From NCBI GenBank assembly GCA_046538485.1, contig JBKHIT010000028.1, positions 1 through 58,705 of the forward strand: DNA of 58,705 nt, read 5' to 3'. Below, one piece after another: positions 10,582-19,908 of the stretch. This DNA comes from Candidatus Brocadiia bacterium. GTDB taxonomy: Bacteria > Planctomycetota > Brocadiia > SM23-32. The position numbers and the translations under genes were made by a program. The notes under the pieces are model-generated. The model made no database searches. It saw nothing but the letters and a program-made list of their open reading frames with translations, and was not told the DNA's origin. Each line of letters begins with the position of its first letter. The first letter of the stretch is position 1.

Positions 10582-10981
10582 AACGACACAGCGGTGAGTA
10601 AAACGTCCCGTCGGTCCGTTTTAACACACCGCAATCCACAGCGCGCCGTTGGCGCGCGGGACACCACACCGGCCGGTGCCGCCGACATCCCTGGTTTGCG
10701 GGAAATGTCTCGTGGTGCAAGAGGCAACAATTTTGTGGTGGGCCTTCAGCCCACTTTTTTCTCAATGCCCATCTGTACCCAGGCTCCGACGACCTTCAGC
10801 CGTCTGCACCCTGGACTACAATGTTACGCCCTTTCAGGTCGGAACAGCCCCATCCGGTGACCCCGATTGCCGAGAACCAGCCCCGCGGGAGCGGTGCTGA
10901 AGTCCAGTCCGTTCCCGGTTTTGCAGGTTCCAGCCCCTGGACCGGGTTGATAGACCCGGCTGTCGTTGTTTTCAATTTCGG
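10582..10981 (+). repeat. Long composite repeat block, copy 1 (copy 2 at 14127-14452)
   Basis: Closely similar from AACGACACAGCGGTGAGTAAAACGTCCCG through TTCAATTTCGG; contains a family B unit and an extra family A unit. Confidence 0.9.
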
Positions 10982-11072
10982 TGCTTCTTATGTCAAACGG
11001 ATGGGCCGTTTCGGCCTTCGGCCGAACGGCGAAACGGCTTAAGAACGACATTTATAAGGTTTTCAGGGGTTT

Positions 11073-11612
11073 TTAGTTTGCGGGGGGTTTTCGCCCGCAA
11101 ATCGGTTTGAAAACGGCATCCTGGGGTTGTTTGCTCCATTTTGCGTCCTTTTTGGGCTTTGAAATTCCATTCGGGCCTTCCCGAAACGACCCACCGCACG
11201 CGGCCGCCGCGCCGCGGGCGGCGCAGTTGCGGCGGTGAAAAGCTTCATCGTATTCGGTGCGGTTTCGCCAGCTGTTTCGCACCATCCTGGCGTGCACCTC
11301 CGCGTCAACGCGGTCGTCTTTATTGCCGGCGGGATAGTAGATATCTCGGGCTCGGTCGGCGCTGAGGGGATTGAGCGGATAAACTACATAGCCCTCGGAG
11401 CACAAAATATGGGGGAGGATGTCGTTTTTGCGGTCGATTCCTGTTCGCACCTGCTGGGGGTCGGGCTCCAGCTCTTTAATCTGCTCGATCATCTGCTGGG
11501 CGCCTTCTGCGGAGCGCTGCACGGATCCCTTTTTGACAAGGTTCCCATTTTCGGCGAGAATCGCGAATGCATTAGGGCTTTTCTGTCCCCAATCGATACC
11601 GACCTCTAACAT
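11073..11612 (-). pseudogene. IS110 recombinase remnant: RuvC-like DEDD domain fused in frame to the extreme C-terminal tail
   Basis: VGIDWG, GYVVYPLNP and GNKDDRVDA motifs, then directly WRNRTEYDEAFH (typical IS110 C-terminus); coiled-coil and catalytic-Ser Tnp domain absent; AGGAG RBS. Confidence 0.85.
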
Positions 11613-11624
11613 TGGTCATTCTCC

Positions 11625-11864
11625 TGTATTCAGGAGGAAAAAGGGCGCAGAGAGCAAACGGTGGATCTGCCGCCTCGCAAGCAAGTTCTCCTACATCGGC
11701 CCTATCCGCTGTTTTAAGGTGGAGGGGCTTCTTCTGAAGGACACTCTGCGAGGGATCGAAGGTCGGGGGGGCTGACCGAAGTGGCTGTCTTAACCGCAGC
11801 AGAGTGCGGAGGCCCTACCGGCACTCCGGATCCATCGCGCGCGGGGGGCTGCGCAGCCCCCCGC
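11625..11864 (-). ncRNA. Putative IS110 bridge RNA in the left-end non-coding region
   Basis: About 240 nt non-coding upstream of the recombinase; perfect 24-nt palindrome at 11841-11864; AAGAAGCCCCT (11733-11723) matches the predicted donor junction AAGAAGCACCT at 10/11; ATAGG (11705-11701) is complementary to junction CCTAT. Confidence 0.6.
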
Positions 11865-11916
11865 ACAACCTAATGCATAGGGTAGATTGTGTCATTTACA
11901 CAACAGGATAACTGTA

Positions 11917-12089
11917 GGAGTGCGGCGACCGCGAGTCGCGGTGGACTACCTGGAAGTTAGCCCGGGGCTCCGACGACTTTCAGCCGTCTGCACTCCGGGC
12001 TGCTATGTTGGGCCCTTTCAGGGTATGAGACGGCGGAGTGCGCTCGGCGATCGCGCCTGCAAACATGTGGCATCCCGGATACGTGAGGA
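11917..12089 (+). repeat. REP mosaic: families E and B
   Basis: GGAGTGCGGCGACCGCGAGTCGCGGTGGACTAC (also about 14560 and 46170), then a family B unit and a tail similar to about 14757-14885. Confidence 0.8.
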
Positions 12090-12225
12090 TGGATTGGTTG
12101 CCGGGAGTTTTCGCCACCCAGACGCGGCATGGCACGGAGTGGTTTGTCAAGGAGTTGTGGGTCTCCACCGTACGGCGGACAGTGGCGAACCAGCCGTTGG
12201 AAAAAAGTAGGGGAGTCGCGCTCGT

Positions 12226-13743
12226 TCACCCCAGGAAAAGTTGTTTGGTCGCGAACTGCGGGTCGCTGGTGAGATTTACTCCCAGACGGCGCAGTCCGCC
12301 TTCATCGCCCGGGGTTGGAATATGGCTGAGGTGCAGTTCGCATTTCTGGAGATTCTTCAGTTGTTCCAGACACTGTTGTGCGGTGGGGTTTGTGGCGGCG
12401 CTGATGCTCAGGGCGATGAGGGTTTCTTCCAGATCCAGACTGACCGTCCCGGCATCCAGAATGTCTCCCTTGAGCCAACCCACTGACTTGATGACGTTGC
12501 GAGGCAGCAGATCAATATCGTCGGGTATGCCCGCGAGTTTCTTGATCGCATTGAGGACAAGCGCACTTGTGGAATGGAGCAGGGCCGAGTTTTTGCCCGT
12601 TATGATCTCCCCGTCCGGCAGTTCGATCGCAGCGCCGCAAAAAATGCCCTCGTGTCCTTTCCCCTCTGCTTCGGCCTCTTCGGCAGCCCCTCGTGCTTCG
12701 GCAACGACTGGACGTGATTCCGGGCCGATATCGAGTTCTTCCATGAGGACTTTGGTGCGTTTAACGGTCTCTTTGTCGGCGAATCCCATAGCGTATTCGC
12801 AACTGTATCGGAAATAGCGTCGGACGATTTCCTGTTTTGCCGCACGCCGGACCGCTTCGTCGTCCACGATGGCAAACCCAGCCCTGTTGACGCCCATATC
12901 TGTCGGAGACTGATAGGGAGACTCAGCCTCTGTAATGCGTTCGAGAATTCGTTTGAGAACGGGGAAAGCTTCCACGTCGCGGTTGTAATTTATTGCCGTC
13001 TCGTCATATGCTTCCAGATGAAACGGGTCGACCTGGTTGAAGTCGCCCAGGTCCGCGGTCGCGGCCTCATACGCAATATTGACGGGATGTTTGAGGGGGA
13101 GATTCCAGATGGGGAAAGTCTCGAATTTGGCGTATCCCGCTTCCTTGCCGTGTCTGTGGTCGTGATAGAGCATTGTGAGACATGTCGCGAGTTTTCCACT
13201 TCCGGGTCCCGGTGCAGTCACCACAACAAGCGGTTTTTCAGTTTCGATAAAGTCGTTCGAGCCATACCCTTCGTCGCTGACGACTTTATCGACATCGGCC
13301 GGGTAGCCTTTGATATGACTGTGGGTGTATACGTCAACGTCGCGGCGTTCGAGCTTGTTTTTGAAGACTTTGACCGAGGGCTGATTTTCGTAGCGGGTGA
13401 TTACCACCGCGCGCACATCCAGATCCCACTCGCGGATATCGTCGATAAGTTTCAACGCATCGACGTCATAGGTGATCCCGAAATCGGCGCGGAGTTTTTT
13501 TCGTTCGATATCTCCTGCGTAAATACACAGTATAATTTCGGTTTGGTCTTTGATTTTTTGCAGGAGGCGCATTTTGACATTGGGATCGAAACCGGGCAGC
13601 ACGCGGGACGCGTGGTAATCGAACAATAGTTTTCCACCAAATTCGAGGTACAGCTTTTCCCCGGATTCATTGACGCGTTTGAGAATAGCATCGGACTGTT
13701 CGTTGAGATATTTTTCGTTATCAAACCCAACTTCGTGCGGCAT
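12226..13743 (-). CDS. DUF1846 (UPF0371) family protein
   Basis: [28 protein letters not shown]-loop, [11 protein letters not shown] and SPTDMGVN motifs; start set at MPHEVGF behind AAGGA. Confidence 0.92.
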   Translation of the reverse strand: MPHEVGFDNEKYLNEQSDAILKRVNESGEKLYLEFGGKLLFDYHASRVLPGFDPNVKMRLLQKIKDQTEIILCIYAGDIERKKLRADFGITYDVDALKLIDDIREWDLDVRAVVITRYENQPSVKVFKNKLERRDVDVYTHSHIKGYPADVDKVVSDEGYGSNDFIETEKPLVVVTAPGPGSGKLATCLTMLYHDHRHGKEAGYAKFETFPIWNLPLKHPVNIAYEAATADLGDFNQVDPFHLEAYDETAINYNRDVEAFPVLKRILERITEAESPYQSPTDMGVNRAGFAIVDDEAVRRAAKQEIVRRYFRYSCEYAMGFADKETVKRTKVLMEELDIGPESRPVVAEARGAAEEAEAEGKGHEGIFCGAAIELPDGEIITGKNSALLHSTSALVLNAIKKLAGIPDDIDLLPRNVIKSVGWLKGDILDAGTVSLDLEETLIALSISAATNPTAQQCLEQLKNLQKCELHLSHIPTPGDEGGLRRLGVNLTSDPQFATKQLFLG

Positions 13744-13926
13744 GCGATCTTCCTTTTGGAGGCTATGTTTCTTGTCGGCTTCTACAAGAGCTGGTTCAGA
13801 GAAAGGGTAATCGGGCCGGAGGGGAAGGTCAAATACGTAGAAGGAATTTGCGCTGAGGGCCGTTCCTCGGTTTGACAACCGTGGAGTTGCTTGAGATTGT
13901 CACCGACTCCCGAACGAAAGTTGAAT

Positions 13927-15040
13927 GTAGACTCGAGTTCAGCTGAGCCCGCCACCGGGGGGGCGAGACTGGACTTGAGGCGGGCAATCCCCGGGAAATA
14001 ACAAAACAAGCAGCAAAGTCCCACCAATCCACGCTGCGTTCTGAACTCCAGCCCCGCAGAGCGGCGCTGAAGTCCAGTCCGCGAGGTGTTGGCCCGTTCA
14101 GAGGGAGAGAGAAGAGATAAAGGCGGAACGACACAGCGGTGAGTAAAACGTCCCGTCGGGCCGTTTTAACACACCGCAATCCACAGCGCGCCGTTGGCGC
14201 GCGGGACTTCGCATGGGCCGGTGCCGCCGACATCCCGTGGTTGCGGGAAATGTCTCGTGGTGCAGGAGGTAACAGTTTTGTGGTGGGCCTTCAGCCCACT
14301 TTTTCCTCAATGGATACCTGTACCCCCAGGGTTCCGACGACCTTCAGCCGTCTGCACCCCGGGCTACTATGTTACGCCCTTTCAGGTCGGAAAAGCCGCT
14401 GGACCGGGTTGATATACCCGGCTGTCGTGGCTGTCGTTGTTTTCAATTTCGGAGTGCGGCGCCTCGGCGCCGCTTTCCCTGCTGTTCGTTTCGGACTGCG
14501 GTGGCTTGCCACCGCTTTGATTGCGTTTCTTCTTTTTCCGTTATGCCGTTGCGTCTTTCGAGTGCGGGCGACCGCGAGTGGCGGTGGACTATCTGGAAGG
14601 AGCTATCCAGATGCAAATAAGTTGCACAAAAACTTGCGCACTTTCCTCCATGAAACCCCCAGCGGGGGCGCCGCTGTGTCGTTATCTTTTTGCTGTTTGT
14701 CTTCTGTCGTTTTGTTGGGGGCCTTCAGCCCACTTTTTTCTCAACGGACACCTGTGCCCCGGGGCTCCGACGACCTTCAGCCGTCTGCACCCTGGGCTGG
14801 TATGTTACGCCCCTTCAGGGCATCAGACGGCAGGGCGCGCTCGGCGATGACGCCCTACGTGTGTGTGGCGTCCGGCATACGGGAGACCGTGGCATGTTGT
14901 GGGAAGTTCCCAGAGTGCGAGAGCTGTAGGTCCGCGTTCTGAACTCCAGCCTCCGGCTGAAGTCCAGTGCGCTGGCGGGGATTGAGACTCGAGTTCAGCT
15001 GAGCCCGCCACCAGGGGGCGAGACTGGACTTGAGGCGGAC
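13927..15040 (+). repeat. About 1.1-kb intergenic mosaic of REP families F, A, B and E, including composite block copy 2
   Basis: F 13927-13985; A 14036-14082; block 14127-14452; E about 14560-14600; B 14710-14820; A 14932-14972; F 14986-15040. Confidence 0.9.
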
Positions 15041-15179
15041 GAACTCTGGGAAATGCGGGGTAGCCGTATGTCCACATCGGCGAGATGCACCTGTTGTTTT
15101 CCGCGGGCGGTTTATGTGTGGAGGCAGCCTGGGGGTCGGGTTGCCAGATCCAGATTGGTCCCTGAGAGGCAGAGAAGGC

Positions 15180-16850
15180 TCATTGCGTCTCAACCCTCAG
15201 ATACTCCCGGAGTTCTTGAAGCGTTGCAGGACCAATACCTTCCACTTCGAGCAAATCGTCAATCGCGCTGAACTCTCCGACACGATCGCGGTGGGCTGTT
15301 ATCCGCCGGGCAAGGGTCTCGCCGATACCGGGCAGGCGCCGGAACTGTTCCCAGGAGGTACGGTTGATATCGAGCGGGGCTGAAGCTGTCAGAAGACGCG
15401 TCGCACCGGGGAAAGCTGTCAGTTTGATGCTGTCGAGTGTCAGCATACCTTTAAAGCGAGCGCGAATCCATACCTGGACACTCCTGACCGAGCGTGGAAT
15501 GTCCGAAATCGTATGTTGTTTGGTGACCGATTGGCCTTCAACGACAACCGGGCAGGTGCGCGCGCCTCGTTCGGGAGCTCGGTCGGCGTACAGGAAGTCA
15601 AAGACGACAACGGGGGTTTCGCCGGCGAAACCTTCGGACCTTTGCCCTTCGATTTCAACGCGGATTTTGTCGCTACCATCCAGAATCACCTTCGGCAGAT
15701 AGATTTCCAGCGTTTTTCCACGAGTTTCGGAAGAACATATCAGGGATGAAGCAACAGTCACGGTCTGTTGCCGGGCATCACCGAGTTTGATCTTCCAGCC
15801 GGGAGGCGGTCCGCCTTGACCGCTCGATTCGACGGGCAGGAACTGGTGCTCGAATGGTTGCCGCCCGGGTCGGGCCGTAACGACTTTCGATTCGGGCGAG
15901 GTCAGAGTTGCCGGCCGGGGTAATGATTTCCAGAAGGCGGCGAATCCCGCGGCCGCCACGACCAGAAGCGTGGCTGCCGCGGCAAGTGCGATTTTCCAGC
16001 GGACCAGACGCCCTGCCAGTTTTTCCAGTTCCCGTTCATCAACCACGGATTCGGACAGAGATGAGGTGCCCGGGCGGAAATCCAGCAAAGCCCGGACCGG
16101 TTTTTCGTCTGCCCCGTCGAATTTCTTGAGCAGATACCGCGCGAGATCTTTTTCCTGATAGGTCTCGCGCACGGCCGCACGGTAGGCCTCGAGGTCGTAC
16201 GCCACACGCTGCCACTGAATCATACGCTTTTCTGAGTCATAGACCGCGTAACAGGCGCGGAAATCGTCGTCACGGGAGACGCCGACGGACCCGCAGTTGA
16301 TGATATAGCGGTATCCGGGCTGGAGGGGCATGCTCCGGCGTCCTGGTTTGATGCGGCGGTATTTGCCTTCCGGGGATAGAACATGGAGTCTTGGGACGTG
16401 AGTGTGGCCGATAAAGAGCAGATCCTCTTCGGTCTGATCCCACTGTGGCTCGGCGTCTTTTCGTTTGAGCACGTAGCTGAAATCCTTGGGCTCGGCGGGG
16501 CCGCCGTGACTGCATCGGAAGTTCTTGTGTCGTATCGAAAGGGGAGTCTCTTTGAAAATCTTGACGGCCTGTTCATCGAGGTTAGAGCGAGTGATATCAA
16601 TCATTCGCCGTGCATAACGGTTGAAACAACTCGCGCTCATCAGCCCACCCACAACGGCATCGTGATTGCCGAGAACAAAGTGGTGGACGCTGCTATGGAG
16701 ATTTGTCAGGACTTCGGCGGGAGAAGGCCCGTACCCGGTGATGTCGCCCAGGCAGATGGTTTTATCGACGTTCAGAGCGGCGATGTCGGCTTTGACAGCG
16801 TTCCATGCCTGAAGATTGGCATGGATATCAGATACGAAAGCAATGCGCAT
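15180..16850 (-). CDS. Metallophosphoesterase + transmembrane helix + extracytoplasmic domain + ComEA-like helix-hairpin-helix fusion
   Basis: SDIH, LGD, GNHD, SHG and GHTH calcineurin-like motifs; TM IALAAAATLLVVAAAGFAAFW; C-terminal LDINRTS..LPGIGETLARRI..GEFSAIDDLLEVEGIGP. Confidence 0.88.
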   Translation of the reverse strand: MRIAFVSDIHANLQAWNAVKADIAALNVDKTICLGDITGYGPSPAEVLTNLHSSVHHFVLGNHDAVVGGLMSASCFNRYARRMIDITRSNLDEQAVKIFKETPLSIRHKNFRCSHGGPAEPKDFSYVLKRKDAEPQWDQTEEDLLFIGHTHVPRLHVLSPEGKYRRIKPGRRSMPLQPGYRYIINCGSVGVSRDDDFRACYAVYDSEKRMIQWQRVAYDLEAYRAAVRETYQEKDLARYLLKKFDGADEKPVRALLDFRPGTSSLSESVVDERELEKLAGRLVRWKIALAAAATLLVVAAAGFAAFWKSLPRPATLTSPESKVVTARPGRQPFEHQFLPVESSGQGGPPPGWKIKLGDARQQTVTVASSLICSSETRGKTLEIYLPKVILDGSDKIRVEIEGQRSEGFAGETPVVVFDFLYADRAPERGARTCPVVVEGQSVTKQHTISDIPRSVRSVQVWIRARFKGMLTLDSIKLTAFPGATRLLTASAPLDINRTSWEQFRRLPGIGETLARRITAHRDRVGEFSAIDDLLEVEGIGPATLQELREYLRVETQ

Positions 16851-16993
16851 GGTTCAAATCCCCATAGTTTTTTATCCCGGTTACGTTTCGGCGGTTCGGT
16901 GGCAGTGTTTTTTCTGCCGGAGGCGAACAATCAAAGTTCAGGGCTGATTGCCGTCCCCGCGCCGGATGCGGAGCAGTAAGGGGCCTGGCTGTT

Positions 16994-18436
16994 TTATTCC
17001 AGTTGTTCGAGTCTCTGCAGCAACAGTTCCCTTGCTTTCTGCGGGTCGGCCTGTCCTTGGGTCAGCCGCATGACCTGGCCGATGAGTGCTCCGACAGCCT
17101 GGTCTTTGCCGTTGAGGTAATCCTGAACCGCCTGTTCGGCTTCCTCCATGGCCTCTTCCACAACCGGTTCGAGTTCATCGGCGCCGCTGATTGCTTCGAG
17201 GCCCTCTTCTGCGACGATGCTTCCTGCATCGCGTCCGGTTTCCAGCATTTTTTCCAGCACATCACGAGCGGCTTTCGCTGTGATCTTATCCTCATCTTCC
17301 AGCCGGATAAGTTCGGCGAGACGATCGGGACTTATCTCAAATTCTTCAATCGAAATCTTTCGTTCGTTCAGTATTGCGAGGATATCGTTCATGATCCAGT
17401 TAGCGACACTCTTCGGTGCGTCATGGTATTCGAGTGTCCCTTCAAGATAATCCGCGACCTCCTGGTTTTCGGTCAGAACTTCAGCTTCGTATTCGGAAAG
17501 GTCGTATTCTTCCATAAAACGGGCCCGCCGCTGGCCCGGCAGCTCTGGAACATCACGCCGGAGACGCTGCAGCATTTCGTCGCTGATATGGTATGGTACG
17601 AGATCGGGTTCGGGAAAATACCGGTAATCGTGGGCCTCTTCTTTGGACCGCATCCGCTGGCTTTTCTCCCGTTCTGCATCCCAGAGACGTGTCTCCCTCT
17701 CGACAGTGCCGCCTTCCTCAAGCACATTTTGCTGGCGGTTGATCTCATATTCGAGGCATCGAGTGACGGCTTTGATCGAGTTCAGGTTTTTGATTTCCAC
17801 TCTGGCGCCAAACTCCTCCGCGTCAGGCTCCCGGAGGCTGATGGAGGTTTCGTAGCGCAACGAGCCTTCCTGCATTTTGCAGTCGGAAACTTCGGTGTAA
17901 CGAAGAATCTGGCGCAATGTGTGCATGTAGGAGTGCGCCTCGCGGACGCTCCTCATATCCGGCCCGCTGACGATTTCCAGCAGAGGCGTCCCGGCCCGAT
18001 TCAGATCGACCAGACTGTAGTCGGCGTGGCGTTGCTCGGAATGTATGTTCTTTCCGGCGTCTTCTTCGAGGTGGACATTCCAGATGCCAATTTTCTTCGG
18101 CCCCTCTTCGAGTTCGATCTCCAGGTAACCGTTCTCGCCGAGGTTGCTGTAATTCTGGGATATCTGGTAGTTTTTCGGCAAATCCGGATAGTAATAGTTT
18201 TTGCGATCGAAGAAAGTGTCTTGATTAATATCGCAGTTCAGCGCAATGGCAGCCCGGATGGCCAGCTTGAATGCCCGTTCATTCAGTACCGGGAGCACGC
18301 CAGGCATCCCGAGACAAACCGGACAGGTCTGCGTGTTGGGCGGCTGGCCAAACTCTGTGCTGCAACTGCACCAGAGCTTACTTTCCGTGAGCAGTTCCGC
18401 GTGCGTTTCAAGCCCGATGATGATTTCGTAATCCAT
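16994..18436 (-). CDS. gatB: Asp/Glu-tRNA amidotransferase subunit B
   Basis: IGLETHAEL, CLGMPGVLP, FDRKNYYYPDLPKNYQISQ, EEDAGK, DYRYFPEPDL; start at MDYEIII. Confidence 0.97.
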   Translation of the reverse strand: MDYEIIIGLETHAELLTESKLWCSCSTEFGQPPNTQTCPVCLGMPGVLPVLNERAFKLAIRAAIALNCDINQDTFFDRKNYYYPDLPKNYQISQNYSNLGENGYLEIELEEGPKKIGIWNVHLEEDAGKNIHSEQRHADYSLVDLNRAGTPLLEIVSGPDMRSVREAHSYMHTLRQILRYTEVSDCKMQEGSLRYETSISLREPDAEEFGARVEIKNLNSIKAVTRCLEYEINRQQNVLEEGGTVERETRLWDAEREKSQRMRSKEEAHDYRYFPEPDLVPYHISDEMLQRLRRDVPELPGQRRARFMEEYDLSEYEAEVLTENQEVADYLEGTLEYHDAPKSVANWIMNDILAILNERKISIEEFEISPDRLAELIRLEDEDKITAKAARDVLEKMLETGRDAGSIVAEEGLEAISGADELEPVVEEAMEEAEQAVQDYLNGKDQAVGALIGQVMRLTQGQADPQKARELLLQRLEQLE

Positions 18437-18477
18437 GGCCGTGTCTTTGTTCTCAGAATAACCCCGAAAGGGCATTT

Positions 18478-18506
18478 AATGTAGTCAGCACTCGGCCCTA
18501 CGTCAA
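18478..18506 (-). promoter_or_regulatory. Sigma70-like promoter of gatB
   Basis: TTGACG-N17-TACATT. Confidence 0.55.
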
Positions 18507-18575
18507 GGGCGGACGCCAGAAGGGACGGAAGGGACTTAAGGGACCAGGGGGGCGCGTGGGCTACTGTGTGTTGTG

Positions 18576-19089
18576 TCAGACGGTCCGGAGTTCGAGGTTT
18601 TTCAGAACATCGTCTTCCCAGCGAGTAAGTTCTGTAGCGAGTTGCTCAGTGAGTTCCGGCCGTTGTTCCGAAAGGTCTGTGGTCTCGTTCAGGTCGGTCT
18701 CCATATCGAACAGGAATCGAGAGTCTTCATCGACGACGAACTTCCACCTGTCGCGTCGAACGGCTTTTCGATCCCGGTAGCGCCAGAAAACGCTCCTTTC
18801 GGGCAAAGCCTCTTCATCCAGCATCAGGGTGGTGATATCGATGCCATCGAGGGGATTGGGTGGGTCGGCTTCAAACCCGGCAAGTGCTGCAAACGTGGGG
18901 AACCAATCCATGGAGAGAACCGTCTCGCCGGTCCGCGTATTGGGGGTGATCTGTCCCGGCCAGTGGGCGATAGCCGGTACCCGATGTCCGCCTTTCAATG
19001 GTCTCGCTTCCGAAACAGCCCAGATCGCCGTATCCAAGGTCGTCGGCCATGATGAAAATAATATTCGGTGGTCTGTTCTCGTCAGCCAA
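18576..19089 (-). pseudogene. Sulfatase pseudogene with large internal deletion and frameshift
   Basis: N-terminal [23 protein letters not shown] joined near 18995, in another frame, to C-terminal [37 protein letters not shown]; catalytic CxPxR core missing. Confidence 0.88.
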
Positions 19090-19167
19090 AATGGATCCTC
19101 CCGAATGGCTTTTCTAAAAACTGAAGCTCGGGTTCAAAATGCCGAATTCACCGGTGCAAAGGGTGTT

Positions 19168-19196
19168 ACTTTAGTGCCGCCCGATAGCCTCGTCAA
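19168..19196 (-). promoter_or_regulatory. Sigma70-like promoter upstream of the sulfatase remnant
   Basis: TTGACG-N17-TAAAGT. Confidence 0.45.
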
Positions 19197-19244
19197 GATG
19201 AGGGACGGAATGGAGGAACCCGGGACGAGGGCTAAGAAACGCAT

Positions 19245-19810
19245 GTAGCACAGGCTCTCCAGCCTGTGGACCGGGGCGTGAGCCCCGGATTGGTTGTGAG
19301 GGCCAAAGTTTGGGGTCAGCCGGCGCCGCGCCGCGTTCTGGACTCCAGTCCGCTCTTTAGCCCTGCAGGGGCTTTTTATAAAAGCCCAGGTCGTAGTGGT
19401 CTGAAAGACCACGAAGGCCGGGAGATGAGATGTCGCCGGGAAGACGTGGGCTGAAAGCCCACCGCATTGGTTTCTCAGGCGCCGTCCGGCGAATGAACAA
19501 AATGACCCCGGGGAACTTTGAACGCCACACGAAAACAAAGGCGTAGAGGTATCCGAGGATGGACGTTCTGCGCCACCCTTTCGGGGTTTGGAAATTATGT
19601 GGAGTGTCCGAGTCCCGGGGCTTGCCCGAACAACGGGTGCGCCCCGGGCTATGTCTGCTATCGCTCCTTCTCAGGGGCTCAAATCAAAATAGCGAAGCCC
19701 GCCAAGTGGGCCGGGCAGAGATGGTCCGCGTGGGTAGACTAAAGCCCGGGCAAGCAAAGCCCACGAAGTGGGCGATGTAGGGGTAGCGCGGTGCGCAGTC
19801 GCGCCCATTT
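19245..19810 (+). repeat. REP/hairpin mosaic (family C, collapsed A, G and others)
   Basis: C 19245-19268; collapsed A 19331-19355; GTGGTCTGAAAGACCAC and GTGGGCTGAAAGCCCAC hairpins; G about 19613-19680. Confidence 0.75.
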
Positions 19811-19908
19811 TTGGCCCGCAAGCTCCGGGTTAGATCTGGAGTGGGGTATTGTCGACTCGAGGGAATGCACGCTCAAGCTTCAACTCACCTGGGCCGCACG
19901 GCAACAGA

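Larger units (their letters stand above)
10980..11881 (-). mobile_element. Internally deleted (non-autonomous) IS110-family element with both ends
   Basis: Left end CCTATGCATTAGGTT (11881-11867); right end TTGACATAAGAAGCACC (10996-10980); long 5' non-coding region; truncated transposase in between. Confidence 0.8.

Noticed and set aside
13927..15040. Repeat clusters as a CRISPR array
   Set aside because: Units are heterogeneous, irregularly spaced and dispersed; no constant repeat-spacer period and no cas genes
16851..16863. GGTTCAAATCCC resembling a tRNA T-arm
   Set aside because: No cloverleaf upstream; it is the reverse complement of the RBS region of the phosphoesterase gene
17003..18484. 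493-aa antisense ORF opposite gatB, and similar long shadow ORFs opposite other genes
   Set aside because: Mirror frames of well-supported genes in GC-rich DNA, with no motifs
19368..19392. ATAAAAGCCC resembling the guanidine-I riboswitch 3' motif
   Set aside because: It is one arm of the palindrome GGGCTTTT-TAT-AAAAGCCC and the rest of the aptamer is missing
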